DNA from: an uncultured delta proteobacterium
Lineage (GTDB): Bacteria > Desulfobacterota > Desulfomonilia > Desulfomonilales > Desulfomonilaceae
DNA: 64,000 bases
Direction of reading: 5' to 3'
NCBI GenBank assembly: GCA_963741425.1
Contig: CAVUHP010000010.1
Location: forward strand, 19,939-83,938
Numbering within the stretch: position 1 is the first letter of the stretch; every line of letters starts with the position of its first letter. A program made the position numbers and the translations under genes. Below are positions 30,305-39,597 of the stretch, one piece after another. Below the pieces are notes generated by a model. The model made no database searches. It saw nothing but the letters and a program-made list of their open reading frames with translations, and was not told the origin of the DNA.

Positions 30305-31159
30305 ATGATCCCCCAGCGAATTGCTTTCTTTGGAGCTGCAATGCTGGCCTTTATGCTCCTGGCAGGCTGCGCGGAAGAAACCGCGGACCTCAAACAGAAG
30401 ATTGCCGATCTAGAAAAAAAGGCTCAGAAACAGGAGAAGGATATCCGAGAATTCGCCGGGAAATTCGCGCCTCCAAAAGATTTTAGCGCAGATATTCAAA
30501 GAATCGAAGATCAGCAGGACAGAGTATCTCAAGCGATCAAAACCAAAGTGGATCCGGTCAATGGCAAACTTGAAGAATTTCGCGAGTGGGCGCAAGATGC
30601 TCAAAAGGAACGAGAAACCGTAGGCAAGAAACTCAAAGGCCTGGAACAGACTGTTGCAGAAATGCATAAACGTGTGGACGCTGAAAGCAAAGAGTTTGCT
30701 CGAGCGAATAAAGAGAATGCAGCCACCAGGAAAACCGTAGCAACGCTGTCAAAGAACTTCGAGGACCTTACTAAAGGCTTTGAGGAAGTTCGCAAGGAAT
30801 CGGCGGATAATAATAATAAACTGTTGGCAGCAGTGAAGAAAATAATTCCCAAAATCAAAGAGGCCGCGGTGGCAGAGGTGAAAGATCGATTGACCCCCTT
30901 GGAAGAGGGAATGACGGTTCTCAGAACCGGCATCGAAGCCGAACGAAAGAATTTGGCGGCCCTACAGCAGCACGCGCCGGCGGAATCGGGGAAAGAAGTC
31001 CGGGAATTGAACAAAAGAATTAAGGAGTTGGAGGACGTTATCGGCTCTCAGAAAACATATATGCTGGAAATGGGCTCAAAAATACACGAACTGGAACTGC
31101 AACTTGAGAGGTTATCCGGAACAACGGGCCAAACTCCACCTAAGTTTTCGAGGCAGTAA
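30305..31159 (+). CDS. coiled-coil lipoprotein, hypothetical
   Basis: A GAGGAGG RBS precedes ATG 30305. It has a lipobox (MLLAGC) and then about 260 aa rich in K/E heptad-like sequence. Confidence 0.6.
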   Translation: MIPQRIAFFGAAMLAFMLLAGCAEETADLKQKIADLEKKAQKQEKDIREFAGKFAPPKDFSADIQRIEDQQDRVSQAIKTKVDPVNGKLEEFREWAQDAQKERETVGKKLKGLEQTVAEMHKRVDAESKEFARANKENAATRKTVATLSKNFEDLTKGFEEVRKESADNNNKLLAAVKKIIPKIKEAAVAEVKDRLTPLEEGMTVLRTGIEAERKNLAALQQHAPAESGKEVRELNKRIKELEDVIGSQKTYMLEMGSKIHELELQLERLSGTTGQTPPKFSRQ

Positions 31160-31190
31160 TAGATCGATCAGCGGCCACAAATCGGTTAAC

Positions 31191-31215
31191 AAAGGGCGAC
31201 GCGCAGTCGCCCTTT
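31191..31215. terminator. bidirectional hairpin terminator between convergent genes
   Basis: AAAGGGCGAC-GCGCA-GTCGCCCTTT, a perfect 10-bp stem flanked by T-rich or A-rich sequence. Confidence 0.6.
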
Positions 31216-31296
31216 GTATTTGATGCCACAACAGCAAGTATAAATCATAGGTTATGAGGCGGGGCCTGGGAACCAGACGAATCGGGCTTCTCCGTT

Positions 31297-32480
31297 TCAG
31301 GAGCGAATTTCACGTATGGTTTCTTCGAAGCCTTTCAAAGAGCCCTCGATCGTCTGGTCTGACACGCAGTAGGCTATACGGAAATAGCCGGGTCCGCCGA
31401 ATCCTGTTCCGGGAACAGTCAATATGAGCTTCTTCTGAAGAGCCGCCACAAAACTAATGTCATCCTGCAAAGGAGATTTGGGGAATAGGTAGAATGCCCC
31501 TTCCGGTTTTACGCATTGATAGCCGAATCCGGTTAATGCGTCATAAAGTCGGTCTCTCCGCCGCTTATAGACGGATACATCCACAACTTCCCTCAAGACG
31601 TTCTTTACCGCTCTTTGCATCAAACCCGGGGCACTAACAAAACCCAAGATTCGATTCGCGAGCACAAGCCCGTCCATAGTCGTTGTCGCATTGTCCATAG
31701 CCGGATTAATTGCAACATATCCCAAGCGTTCGCCCGGCAGCGAGAGGTCCTTGGAAAATGACGTAACCACGAGGCTGTTGCTATAGGACTTCAATACACT
31801 CGGCACTGCCACATTATCATAAACAATACCCCTATAAGGCTCGTCGGAAATCAAGACAATGGGCCGAGATATCTCTTTACTCTTGCGCTCCAACAACTCG
31901 GCCAAACTCCGAATTTCGGCTTCACTGTATACTTTGCCGGTCGGGTTGTTAGGTGAATTGATCAGTACCGCTGCAGTCCTGGGGCTGATTGCCGACTCTA
32001 TGGCCTGGAGATCCAGAGAAAAATCGTCCCTGGTGGGGACGGTTATTGCATTGCCGCCGTGATTGTCTGCATAAAAGACGTATTCTACGAAGAAAGGCTT
32101 GGGTATATCACCTCATCTTCCGGATTCAGAATTGCTTTCAGAGCCACATTAATAGCGCCGCCTGCGCCGACGGTCATTACGATATAATTCTCATTAAGGT
32201 CCACACCCTCGTCCTGCCTTATCTTTGCCGCCACGGCAGCACGCACGTCAGCGAACCCCGCATTCGCCATGTATCCGTGGATCCCTGGGGTTTCGTCCAT
32301 AGCGGCTTTCACAATGGCCTCAGTCACCGATTTCACGGGATCCAGGTTCGGATTCCCCAGACTGAAGTCGAATACATTTGCCGCGCCATGCTCTTTTTTG
32401 AGACGAGCACCTTCCTCAAACATCTTCCTTATCCAGGAAGATCTACCTATAAAATCAGCAACTTTGGCAGACACAGGCAT
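31297..32480 (-). pseudogene. class I/II PLP-dependent aminotransferase (aspartate/alanine type), one frameshift near 32093-32100
   Basis: The N-terminal ORF 32085..32480 ends ...EDEVIYPSLSS*. The next frame reads PKPFFVEYVFYADNHGGNAITVPTRDDFSLDL...INSPNNPTGKVY...AELLERKSKE, continuous with ORF 31297..31905 (SFSKDLSLPGERLGY). Confidence 0.8.
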
Positions 32481-32843
32481 GATGAGGACCTCCTGAAGAT
32501 CTTGTCCGGTACAAACGAAAGCCCGGCCATTCTAATGTGTATTCTAATGAACTGCCGGGCTCTCGACCTTGCATCAGCCCTGTTTTTTTCAGGGTGGTCA
32601 ATGGTAACACGGCAGCGCCTTTATTGTCAATGAAATAAGCTTACTGGGCAAGCCCTGGCTTTGAGCCACTTAATCTGAGGCCACATGATCTTGGCCTGAT
32701 GGAAATGAATGCAAAAGTTTGATATACTAAATAATCTTGGGTGCGATGTCGAACGCGTGCTCGATGGTCCACATTACTCCCCCGACCTAATGTGCCGAAT
32801 GACTGAATTTGTCCTTCAGCACGGTCAAACTGTGAATGAAGTT

Positions 32844-33386
32844 ATGTCGATTCGTAGCATCATACTGATTGTTCTTGCCCTGTCAATAATGCTCATAGTG
32901 AAAGCCCAGCATTCGGCCGCGGCTCCGCCGGAGGAGGTTCAAAAAGGTATTGCAGAGGCCAGGTCGGGGAAATTAGATGCGGCTATTAAGACCTGGAGCG
33001 ATGTTATCAAACAAAGGCCGAAATGCTACGCCGCGTATGTCAATCGCGGCACTGCGTATATGCAAAGCGGATATGTCTTCAGAGGCATCTTGGACTGGAA
33101 TCGTGCGCGGTCGTTGTCGCCGATGTTCGCTTATGGTGTGTATTTTGCCGATTACATTACCGAAGCGCCCAGGAACAAAGATATTTTAAATTTTGCCGCT
33201 TCACTCGAGTTGTATCCAGACCACGTCCCCTCAGTGTGTATGATGGCCAGCACCATGCTGGATCTGGGATATAAAGAACAGGCGTTGCAACTTTTCCGCA
33301 ACTCCATTGATCTTACAAAAGATCCGCTTGTGAAGAATCACTTCGAATACTGGGCCGCAACTCTTGAGTCTTCATCAGGGGAATAG
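32844..33386 (+). CDS. exported TPR-repeat protein
   Basis: I place the start at ATG 32844, which gives a signal peptide (MSIRSIILIVLALSIMLIVKAQHSAA). TPR-like helices follow (AYVNRGTAYMQSGYVFRGILDWNRA). Confidence 0.55.
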   Translation: MSIRSIILIVLALSIMLIVKAQHSAAAPPEEVQKGIAEARSGKLDAAIKTWSDVIKQRPKCYAAYVNRGTAYMQSGYVFRGILDWNRARSLSPMFAYGVYFADYITEAPRNKDILNFAASLELYPDHVPSVCMMASTMLDLGYKEQALQLFRNSIDLTKDPLVKNHFEYWAATLESSSGE

Positions 33387-33552
33387 TGAGAAGAACAACT
33401 ATTCATCAACAAAGGGGTACGGATCTGTCATTTTAAAGATGAAACTGGTAAGCTGGCACGGAGTAAAGCAGATTCGATTCCCCACGAAAACGTGTATTGG
33501 ACTAACTCTTTCCAGCGTAAGGGTGAACCGTTACAAATCAATGGATTTTGAT

Positions 33553-33581
33553 TTGACACGGAGCAGGCGAATCATTATTCT
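33553..33581 (+). promoter_or_regulatory. candidate sigma70-type promoter for the 2-oxoacid oxidoreductase operon
   Basis: TTGACA (33553-33558), a 17-nt spacer, then TATTCT (33576-33581), about 70 nt upstream of the operon start. Confidence 0.3.
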
Positions 33582-33648
33582 GCTTGATTAATTCTGTTAT
33601 TATCAACGGCAAGATGCCCGTCCCACTCTAGAATAGGGAGAACACATT

Positions 33649-33924
33649 TTGAAAGGCCGCATAGAAATCAAGAAAGAACGATGCAAAGGCTGTGGACTAT
33701 GCATTAACGTCTGTCCTAAAAAGAGAATCATCGTCTCTGAAACTCTGAATACCAAAGGCTATTATCCAGCCCGATTTAAAGACGAAAAAGTCGAGGACCT
33801 CGACCGAATTGAGTGCACAGGATGCGCTCTCTGCGCAGTTACTTGCCCTGATGTCGCCATAGACGTCTACCGTGAAACCAAAGACGAATCAAGCGAGCAG
33901 AAAGAAAAATCAAAGGAAGAATAG
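33649..33924 (+). CDS. 2-oxoacid:ferredoxin oxidoreductase delta subunit (2x[4Fe-4S] ferredoxin)
   Basis: 91 aa with CKGCGLCINVCP and CTGCALCAVTCP. TTG start with a GGGAG RBS. Confidence 0.8.
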   Translation: MKGRIEIKKERCKGCGLCINVCPKKRIIVSETLNTKGYYPARFKDEKVEDLDRIECTGCALCAVTCPDVAIDVYRETKDESSEQKEKSKEE

Positions 33925-33927
33925 TTA

Positions 33928-35058
33928 ATGGCCGGCAAAATCCTTATGCGAGGGACACATGTATTGGGAGAAGCCGCGGTCCGGGCCGGTTGCCGAGCTT
34001 ACTTCGGATATCCCATTACCCCACAGAACGAATTACCTGAATTCATGGCCACAGCTTTTTCCAAAATGGAAGGAGCTGTCTTCGTCCAAGCGGAAAGCGA
34101 GTTGGCTTCAATAAATATGGTTATCGGCGCGAGCGCCACCGGCGCCCGGGTGATGACCTCGTCGTCCAGTCCGGGAATCAGCCTGAAGCAGGAAGGCATT
34201 TCATATCTCGCAGGGATGGAGCTACCGGCGGTCATAGTCAACATGATGCGCGGTGGACCGGGTCTTGGCAATATCGCTCCGTCTCAGGGAGACTATTTCC
34301 AGGCCACCAAAGGAGGCGGCCATGGGGACTACCGAGTCATCGTCCTGGCCCCCGCCTACGGTCAAGAAATTGCGGACATGACAAGAGCTGCGTTTGACCT
34401 AGCCGATTATTACCGGATGCCGGTAATGATCCTTGGCGATGGAATGATGGGGCAAATGATGGAGCCCGTAGTACTGCCGGAACCTATAGATCCTGCATCA
34501 TTGCCCGCTAAAGAATGGATACTTGACGGTGCGCGCAACCGTAAAAGTCGCACAGTTCGTTCGTTGTGGCTGGATCCCGATCTCCTGGAAGAGCTAAACT
34601 GGCGGCTTGTACGCAAATATCAAATGATCGCGAATACTATTGCCGACCAGGAATTATATCTCACCGACGACGCGGATCTCATTATTGCCGCTTATGGAAC
34701 GGCAGCTCGTATTGCCAAAGGCGCTGTTCAGCGGGTGAGGGAAACGGGTCTCAAAGTGGGCCTTTTCAGACCTAAGACGCTATGGCCTTTTCCATCGGAA
34801 GCTTTGGTGAAGCTCAGCCGCAGAGTAGGCCATATCGTGGTTTTTGAGATGAGTACGGGACAAATGGTTGAAGATGTTCGGTTGGCTGTGGAGGGCCGTT
34901 GTGAGGTTTCTTTTTACGGCCGACCCGGTGGAGTGGTGTCCAACCCGGAGGAGATTGCCAGAGTACTCGCCAGCACTTATCACAAAATGAAATCCGCGCG
35001 AGGTCCAGGGTCCGGCGCCCATTCATCAGATGCATTAAAAGCAATGGGCTCCACCTGA
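33928..35058 (+). CDS. 2-oxoacid:ferredoxin oxidoreductase alpha subunit (KorA/VorB type)
   Basis: 376 aa with [41 protein letters not shown], typical of the family. Confidence 0.85.
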   Translation: MAGKILMRGTHVLGEAAVRAGCRAYFGYPITPQNELPEFMATAFSKMEGAVFVQAESELASINMVIGASATGARVMTSSSSPGISLKQEGISYLAGMELPAVIVNMMRGGPGLGNIAPSQGDYFQATKGGGHGDYRVIVLAPAYGQEIADMTRAAFDLADYYRMPVMILGDGMMGQMMEPVVLPEPIDPASLPAKEWILDGARNRKSRTVRSLWLDPDLLEELNWRLVRKYQMIANTIADQELYLTDDADLIIAAYGTAARIAKGAVQRVRETGLKVGLFRPKTLWPFPSEALVKLSRRVGHIVVFEMSTGQMVEDVRLAVEGRCEVSFYGRPGGVVSNPEEIARVLASTYHKMKSARGPGSGAHSSDALKAMGST

Positions 35059-35129
35059 AATTCAAGGATTTAGGCGAGATTCTCGGCAGCAGACGGGCCG
35101 ATTATCGTCATTGTAAAGGGAGTGAAAAA

Positions 35130-35867
35130 TTGAAGAAGATCTTCTCCAAACCGGAGTCTCTCACTGATAATATGTTTCATTATTGCCCGGGTTGCGGTCA
35201 TAGTCTGATCCATAGGCTCGTTGCCGAAGTGATAGACGAGCTTGGAATCAGGGAACGCACTATCGGAGTTCCGCCCGCCGGATGCGCGGTTTTGGCATAC
35301 AACTATTTCGATGTCGATATGGCTGAAGCGCCTCACGGTCGAGCCGCTGCCGTAGCCACCGGAATCAAGCGAATGCTGCCCGACAGGGTGGTATTCACTT
35401 ATCAAGGTGATGGAGACATTGCGGCCATAGGTACCGCGGAAACGGTGCACGCGGCCAACAGAGGTGAGAGGATCACCTGTATCTTCGTAAATAACGCTGT
35501 TTACGGGATGACCGGCGGACAGATGGCGCCCACAACTGTGCTGGGCCAGGTCACTACTACTTCGCCGGGAGGTCGGATTCCTCTTAGAGACGGCTATCCT
35601 CTCGATCTCAGCCAGATGCTTGAGGTGGCCGCCGGCAGTGTTTACATAGAAAGAACCAGTGTATCGAGTCCCAAGAATATTTTGAAAACAAAAAAGGCCA
35701 TCAGAAAGGCTTTCGAGACTCAGCTTGCGGAGAAAGGCTTTTCTATGGTCGAAATACTTTCACCTTGCCCCACCAACTGGAAAATGACTCCATTAGAAGC
35801 CAACAAGTGGGTGGACGAGACCATGACCAAATTTTTCCCTCTCAAGGTTATCAAGGATGTTGCTTAA
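35130..35867 (+). CDS. 2-oxoacid:ferredoxin oxidoreductase beta subunit (TPP-binding)
   Basis: 245 aa with YCPGCGHS and the GDGD..NN TPP motif ([11 protein letters not shown]...[13 protein letters not shown]). Confidence 0.85.
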   Translation: MKKIFSKPESLTDNMFHYCPGCGHSLIHRLVAEVIDELGIRERTIGVPPAGCAVLAYNYFDVDMAEAPHGRAAAVATGIKRMLPDRVVFTYQGDGDIAAIGTAETVHAANRGERITCIFVNNAVYGMTGGQMAPTTVLGQVTTTSPGGRIPLRDGYPLDLSQMLEVAAGSVYIERTSVSSPKNILKTKKAIRKAFETQLAEKGFSMVEILSPCPTNWKMTPLEANKWVDETMTKFFPLKVIKDVA

Positions 35868-36402
35868 AATCGTCTTTTCGGGTTTCGGCGGCCAAGGAGT
35901 CCTTATGATGGGCTATGTTCTTGCCGTCGCGGGAATGAATGAGGATAAACATGTGACATTTCTGCCGTCTTACGGGGCGGAAATGCGGGGCGGAACAGCA
36001 AACTGCACTGTGGTCGTTTCTGACCAGGAGATAGCATCCCCCATTGCGTCCTCTCCTGATCTTGTCGTGGCCATGAATTATCCTTCAATGCTCAAGTATC
36101 AGAACATGATAAGATCCGGAGGAACCCTTTTCCTGAATAGTGATCTGATAACCGAACAGTCATCGCGGACCGATATCAAGATCGTTCAGGTTCCAGCAAA
36201 TTCTCTGGCTCACGAAATGGGCGATGATAGGGTCCTGAATATGGTGATGCTCGGAGCAGTCACTGAGATTGGTCGGATTGTTTCCGACAAAGCTCTTGCC
36301 GGCGCTGTCGAGACCGTCTTAAAGGGCAAGAAAAAAGCCCTAATAGAGACGAATCAGAATGCGCTGGGTACAGGGGCGCATTATATATCCGGCAAAAAAT
36401 GA
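35857..36402 (+). CDS. 2-oxoacid:ferredoxin oxidoreductase gamma subunit
   Basis: 181 aa with [13 protein letters not shown]...[13 protein letters not shown]. It overlaps the beta subunit by 11 nt. Confidence 0.85.
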   Translation: MLLKIVFSGFGGQGVLMMGYVLAVAGMNEDKHVTFLPSYGAEMRGGTANCTVVVSDQEIASPIASSPDLVVAMNYPSMLKYQNMIRSGGTLFLNSDLITEQSSRTDIKIVQVPANSLAHEMGDDRVLNMVMLGAVTEIGRIVSDKALAGAVETVLKGKKKALIETNQNALGTGAHYISGKK

Positions 36403-36455
36403 TCTATTCGCTCTAATACCTCGTTGCTGCTTTTAGCATTGAGTGGAGGCAATGG

Positions 36456-36893
36456 ATGAAAAGCGTTAAAGAGATCTCCATCACTTTGGAAAATAAGCCT
36501 GGAACGCTGTCGGAAATCAGTGAACTTATCAGTACCGGCGGCATAAATATTTTGGCCATCACGGCGAGGACAACAGGTGCCGAGGGGACGGTGAGCTTTG
36601 TTGCAAGCGATCCTTCTCGTGCGATCAGTATCCTAGATAGCGCGGGACATTCTCCGATAGTTAAGGACATAATAGCAGCAGAAACCCCCAATCATCCCGG
36701 GGGGTTCAATGCCATATTAAGGCCACTGAAACGCAAAGGCATCAATATCGAATATCTTTACCCCTGCATAAGCGGTTACGGTGCAGGAGACAGCTCCATT
36801 ATTTTGCTCGGAGTCAATGACCTTGCAGCGGCGTACGAAACTCTCTCCAGTGAATGGATAAAAATGTACGGCGAAGAACTGTATGATATGTGA
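36456..36893 (+). CDS. tandem ACT-domain protein
   Basis: 145 aa with two ACT-like units (ISITLENKPGTLSEISELI.. and AETPNHPGGFNAILRPL..). Confidence 0.65.
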   Translation: MKSVKEISITLENKPGTLSEISELISTGGINILAITARTTGAEGTVSFVASDPSRAISILDSAGHSPIVKDIIAAETPNHPGGFNAILRPLKRKGINIEYLYPCISGYGAGDSSIILLGVNDLAAAYETLSSEWIKMYGEELYDM

Positions 36894-36935
36894 GCAAGGT
36901 TGAGCGGAATTCCATCGCGAGATTCTCAATTTCAC

Positions 36936-37292
36936 TCAAAAATTGAACACCTTCGCATCAGCAGCCAGTTCGATAAGTTTTTTCGCTACCGAATATTGGG
37001 CGCCCTCCACGAGCAGGTCTTCCGTTATACCTCTCGCCTTGGCACATGGGGTACAAACGTGAATGGGGATCTTCTCACGAATAATATATTCCATTGCCAA
37101 GTTCATCTCTTCTCCCGTGGGAGCCACGACATTCTCGGTTATTCCTTTTCGGGCGAAGATCACGCCTTCATCAATCAGGAAAATCGATACATTGTGGCCC
37201 TCTTGATGGGCCACCTGCGCGAACTGAACGCATCTTGTCGGGCTGTTGCTATTCCCTAAGCCGGAACCCAGCACGAATAGAAAGTTCGCCAT
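36936..37292 (-). CDS. DsrE/DsrF/TusD-like protein
   Basis: 118 aa with FLFVLGSG.., ..IFLIDEGV.. and the conserved Cys region HVCTPCAKARGI. Confidence 0.7.
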   Translation of the reverse strand: MANFLFVLGSGLGNSNSPTRCVQFAQVAHQEGHNVSIFLIDEGVIFARKGITENVVAPTGEEMNLAMEYIIREKIPIHVCTPCAKARGITEDLLVEGAQYSVAKKLIELAADAKVFNF

Positions 37293-37447
37293 AAGACCTC
37301 CTCTACTGAATACAAATATGCGTCAGAACCGCGCAGTGCTGCGCATTCCGATCGCCTTACATCCGTAGTACTGCCCCGTGGCCGGCGAATCGAAGAATTG
37401 GCGGGCGCGCGGCCCGCCTCTACCTGGCTATTAGTTGAACATCGACC

Positions 37448-37828
37448 CTATGAGTGAGCGCAGCCTCCTTCAGTATGTCCTGCACAGGTATGTCTTGAAT
37501 CAAACTGTGGGAGCTTCTCCTCCTGGATTAGGGCCAGATTCTGGCGCACGGTCCCCTGAACAGCATGGTAGGTTTTGATACCCTGGGAGTTCAATTTCAT
37601 TAATGCGCCCATTCCTATGCCCGCCACTACAACTGCGTCAACTTCCCGTCCTCCTAATGCCTTCAGGGGTTGGCACATACCATGGAGATGATGTAGGTCC
37701 CCATTACGAATCTCTTCAGCATGCATGTTCTCAGTATCGACAATTACAAAGCCGGGAGCCGACCCGAAATGACCAAAAACTATACTATCAATGCCTTTCG
37801 AGTTTCCGATTGGAAAACAAATCTTCAT
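37448..37828 (-). CDS. NifB/NifX-family (dinitrogenase FeMo-cofactor-binding domain) protein
   Basis: 126 aa with GHFGSAPGFVIVD...VDAVVVAGIGMGAL..L...GI and a C-terminal Cys/His tail (HTCAGHTEGGCAHS). Confidence 0.7.
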   Translation of the reverse strand: MKICFPIGNSKGIDSIVFGHFGSAPGFVIVDTENMHAEEIRNGDLHHLHGMCQPLKALGGREVDAVVVAGIGMGALMKLNSQGIKTYHAVQGTVRQNLALIQEEKLPQFDSRHTCAGHTEGGCAHS

Positions 37829-37888
37829 TATTATCTCCTTTTGATTGTTGAGAATCTAAGACTAACTTGGGTTCGGAATGTATTTAGC

Positions 37889-38368
37889 TCACTGTAACGC
37901 GCCGCGGCGACGACACTGTCTCCTGCGACCTTTTCCATCTCGTCCACAAGAATCTTCCTGATCTGAAACACGGCAAATGGATCGAGTTTGGCATTTCGGG
38001 CATTCTTCAGGTCTGCCGGTTCCGTACGCCAGGCCCCATACGTGTTGACACTGATTGCACTTAAACATCCTCTGCTCCGACGTTTCGATTTCGCCGCCTT
38101 CTATTCGAAGAGCAATTCCATCTGTCAAAACCTGAGCTACCTTGCGTCTCGCCGTCTCGATGATTCTTCCAAAAGTTTGGCGCGACACATTCATACGCTC
38201 TGCCGCTTCTTCCTGGTACAGTCCCTCAAGGTCGGCCAGTCTGATGGCTTCAAACTCATCCATTGAAAGCACAATCTCTTGAAGAGCAGCAAGCGGTACG
38301 CCAACTGGTTTAAAAACCTTGCGCGCCGGTTTACCATTGATTCTTCGACAGCATTTCGGTCTGGCCAT
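37889..38368 (-). CDS. DUF134 (UPF0251) DNA-binding protein with a C-terminal zinc ribbon
   Basis: MARPKCCRRI..FKP.G...L..I.L..DEFEAIRLADLEGL.QEEAAERMNVSRQTFGRI..ARRKVA, plus CNQCQH...CPKCQ. Confidence 0.75.
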   Translation of the reverse strand: MARPKCCRRINGKPARKVFKPVGVPLAALQEIVLSMDEFEAIRLADLEGLYQEEAAERMNVSRQTFGRIIETARRKVAQVLTDGIALRIEGGEIETSEQRMFKCNQCQHVWGLAYGTGRPEECPKCQTRSICRVSDQEDSCGRDGKGRRRQCRRRGALQ

Positions 38369-38453
38369 TTGGTGACCCCATACCGAAACAATATGGGCAT
38401 ATGCTCATTACTTGTCAACAGATTTTCGAATCAATGAGACCCGGGCGAGAATA

Positions 38454-39299
38454 TTAGGGACAAGGATTTCGTAAAACTCGGCAGAGGAAACTGATAAGGC
38501 GTTCGAACGCATCAACAATTACGGGCTTCATAAAGCGATTTTCGGTTTGCAGGTCGTAAAGGACGTTGAACATATGCTTCTGATGAGGGTAAATGTAGGC
38601 CTCATAAAACCTGCCATGAGTATGCAGCTCAAGTATCAATTTTCGGGCATACTTGACATCATACACTTCATCCGCGTCGCCATGAAAGATTAATACCGGC
38701 GGTAAACGTAAAGGCTCATAAGGCATGACCCAAGGCGAGCCGCCGTAATTCCAAACTATCGCCTTTATCCGACGATCCTGAGACGCGTAAGTCAAGGCTG
38801 CGTTAGCAGGCTGCGAGTGTCCGGTCAGCACCAGCCTGGTGCGATCGACCATCGGCAACATGCATAAATAATCGACAGTGCCTCTTATGGAATCGAGATA
38901 CCATTTGCTGGTAATAGCTAATTTGCCTGCAACGACGGCTTGATTTATATCTCCCACCACGCGACCGGGTCCCTTTTCCCATGAAAACGGGCCGGGCACG
39001 AGTGATTCAGGGAAATTCGAGGGATCGATCAGCACGACAAAAAAGTTTCGATCAGCTAAACACTGGCAGTAATCGTGGTATTGCAGAATCTTTGTGGAGC
39101 CCACTCCCACACCGACTATAACACCGGGTACAGGCGCTTTGATACCGTGCCGTGGGACAAAACAGTACCCGGGCAAATACCCGCCTCCAGGCAGAGGAAT
39201 CTCCGCACGATAACTGAAGGCAAAGCCTTCTGTGACCAGAAACAAGAATGCGGTCAAAAGAAAGGCGACCCTACGTACAATATTCAAGGCAACCCTCAA
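38454..39299 (-). CDS. exported alpha/beta-fold hydrolase (dienelactone-hydrolase-like)
   Basis: 281 aa with a signal peptide, a nucleophile-elbow-like LTGHSQPA, and FHGDADEVY and PHQKH motifs. Confidence 0.55.
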   Translation of the reverse strand: MRVALNIVRRVAFLLTAFLFLVTEGFAFSYRAEIPLPGGGYLPGYCFVPRHGIKAPVPGVIVGVGVGSTKILQYHDYCQCLADRNFFVVLIDPSNFPESLVPGPFSWEKGPGRVVGDINQAVVAGKLAITSKWYLDSIRGTVDYLCMLPMVDRTRLVLTGHSQPANAALTYASQDRRIKAIVWNYGGSPWVMPYEPLRLPPVLIFHGDADEVYDVKYARKLILELHTHGRFYEAYIYPHQKHMFNVLYDLQTENRFMKPVIVDAFERLISFLCRVLRNPCP

Positions 39300-39476
39300 T
39301 TACAACCACTCAAAATAACAACCGAAAAAACAGAGCGTAAAACTAACACTTCATGACAAAAAAGTCAAGAAACTCAGAGGGATGCACACGGTTACGTCAA
39401 AGTCTTTACTGTTAGATGTTATGGAGCCGCGTCGTAGAAGAAAGTGCATCGCGAGGGTGGCCGTGATCGTACAGGT

Positions 39477-39524
39477 GGGGGGTCTCAGATGGGGTGTAGG
39501 GGATGGAAAAGGGGGGGCGTTGGG
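39477..39524 (+). other. G-quadruplex-prone G-tract cluster
   Basis: G6 (39477-82), G4 (39491-94), G4 (39499-502), G7 (39511-17) and G3 (39522-24), all within 48 nt and 3' of the transposase gene. Confidence 0.4.
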
Positions 39525-39597
39525 AAATTGAGGCATAGCTGTACCGAGAGATCGGGGTTGCTGCCCGAGCTTTTCGACAACGAGTGTGTTGTGCGGC

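Noticed and set aside
31989-32633. 214-aa plus-strand ORF; likewise 49612-50208, 54857-55465 and 55819-56439
   Set aside because: All are antisense to genes with strong family signatures (aminotransferase, MoeA-like, abfD, livF) and show no recognisable motifs or start contexts.
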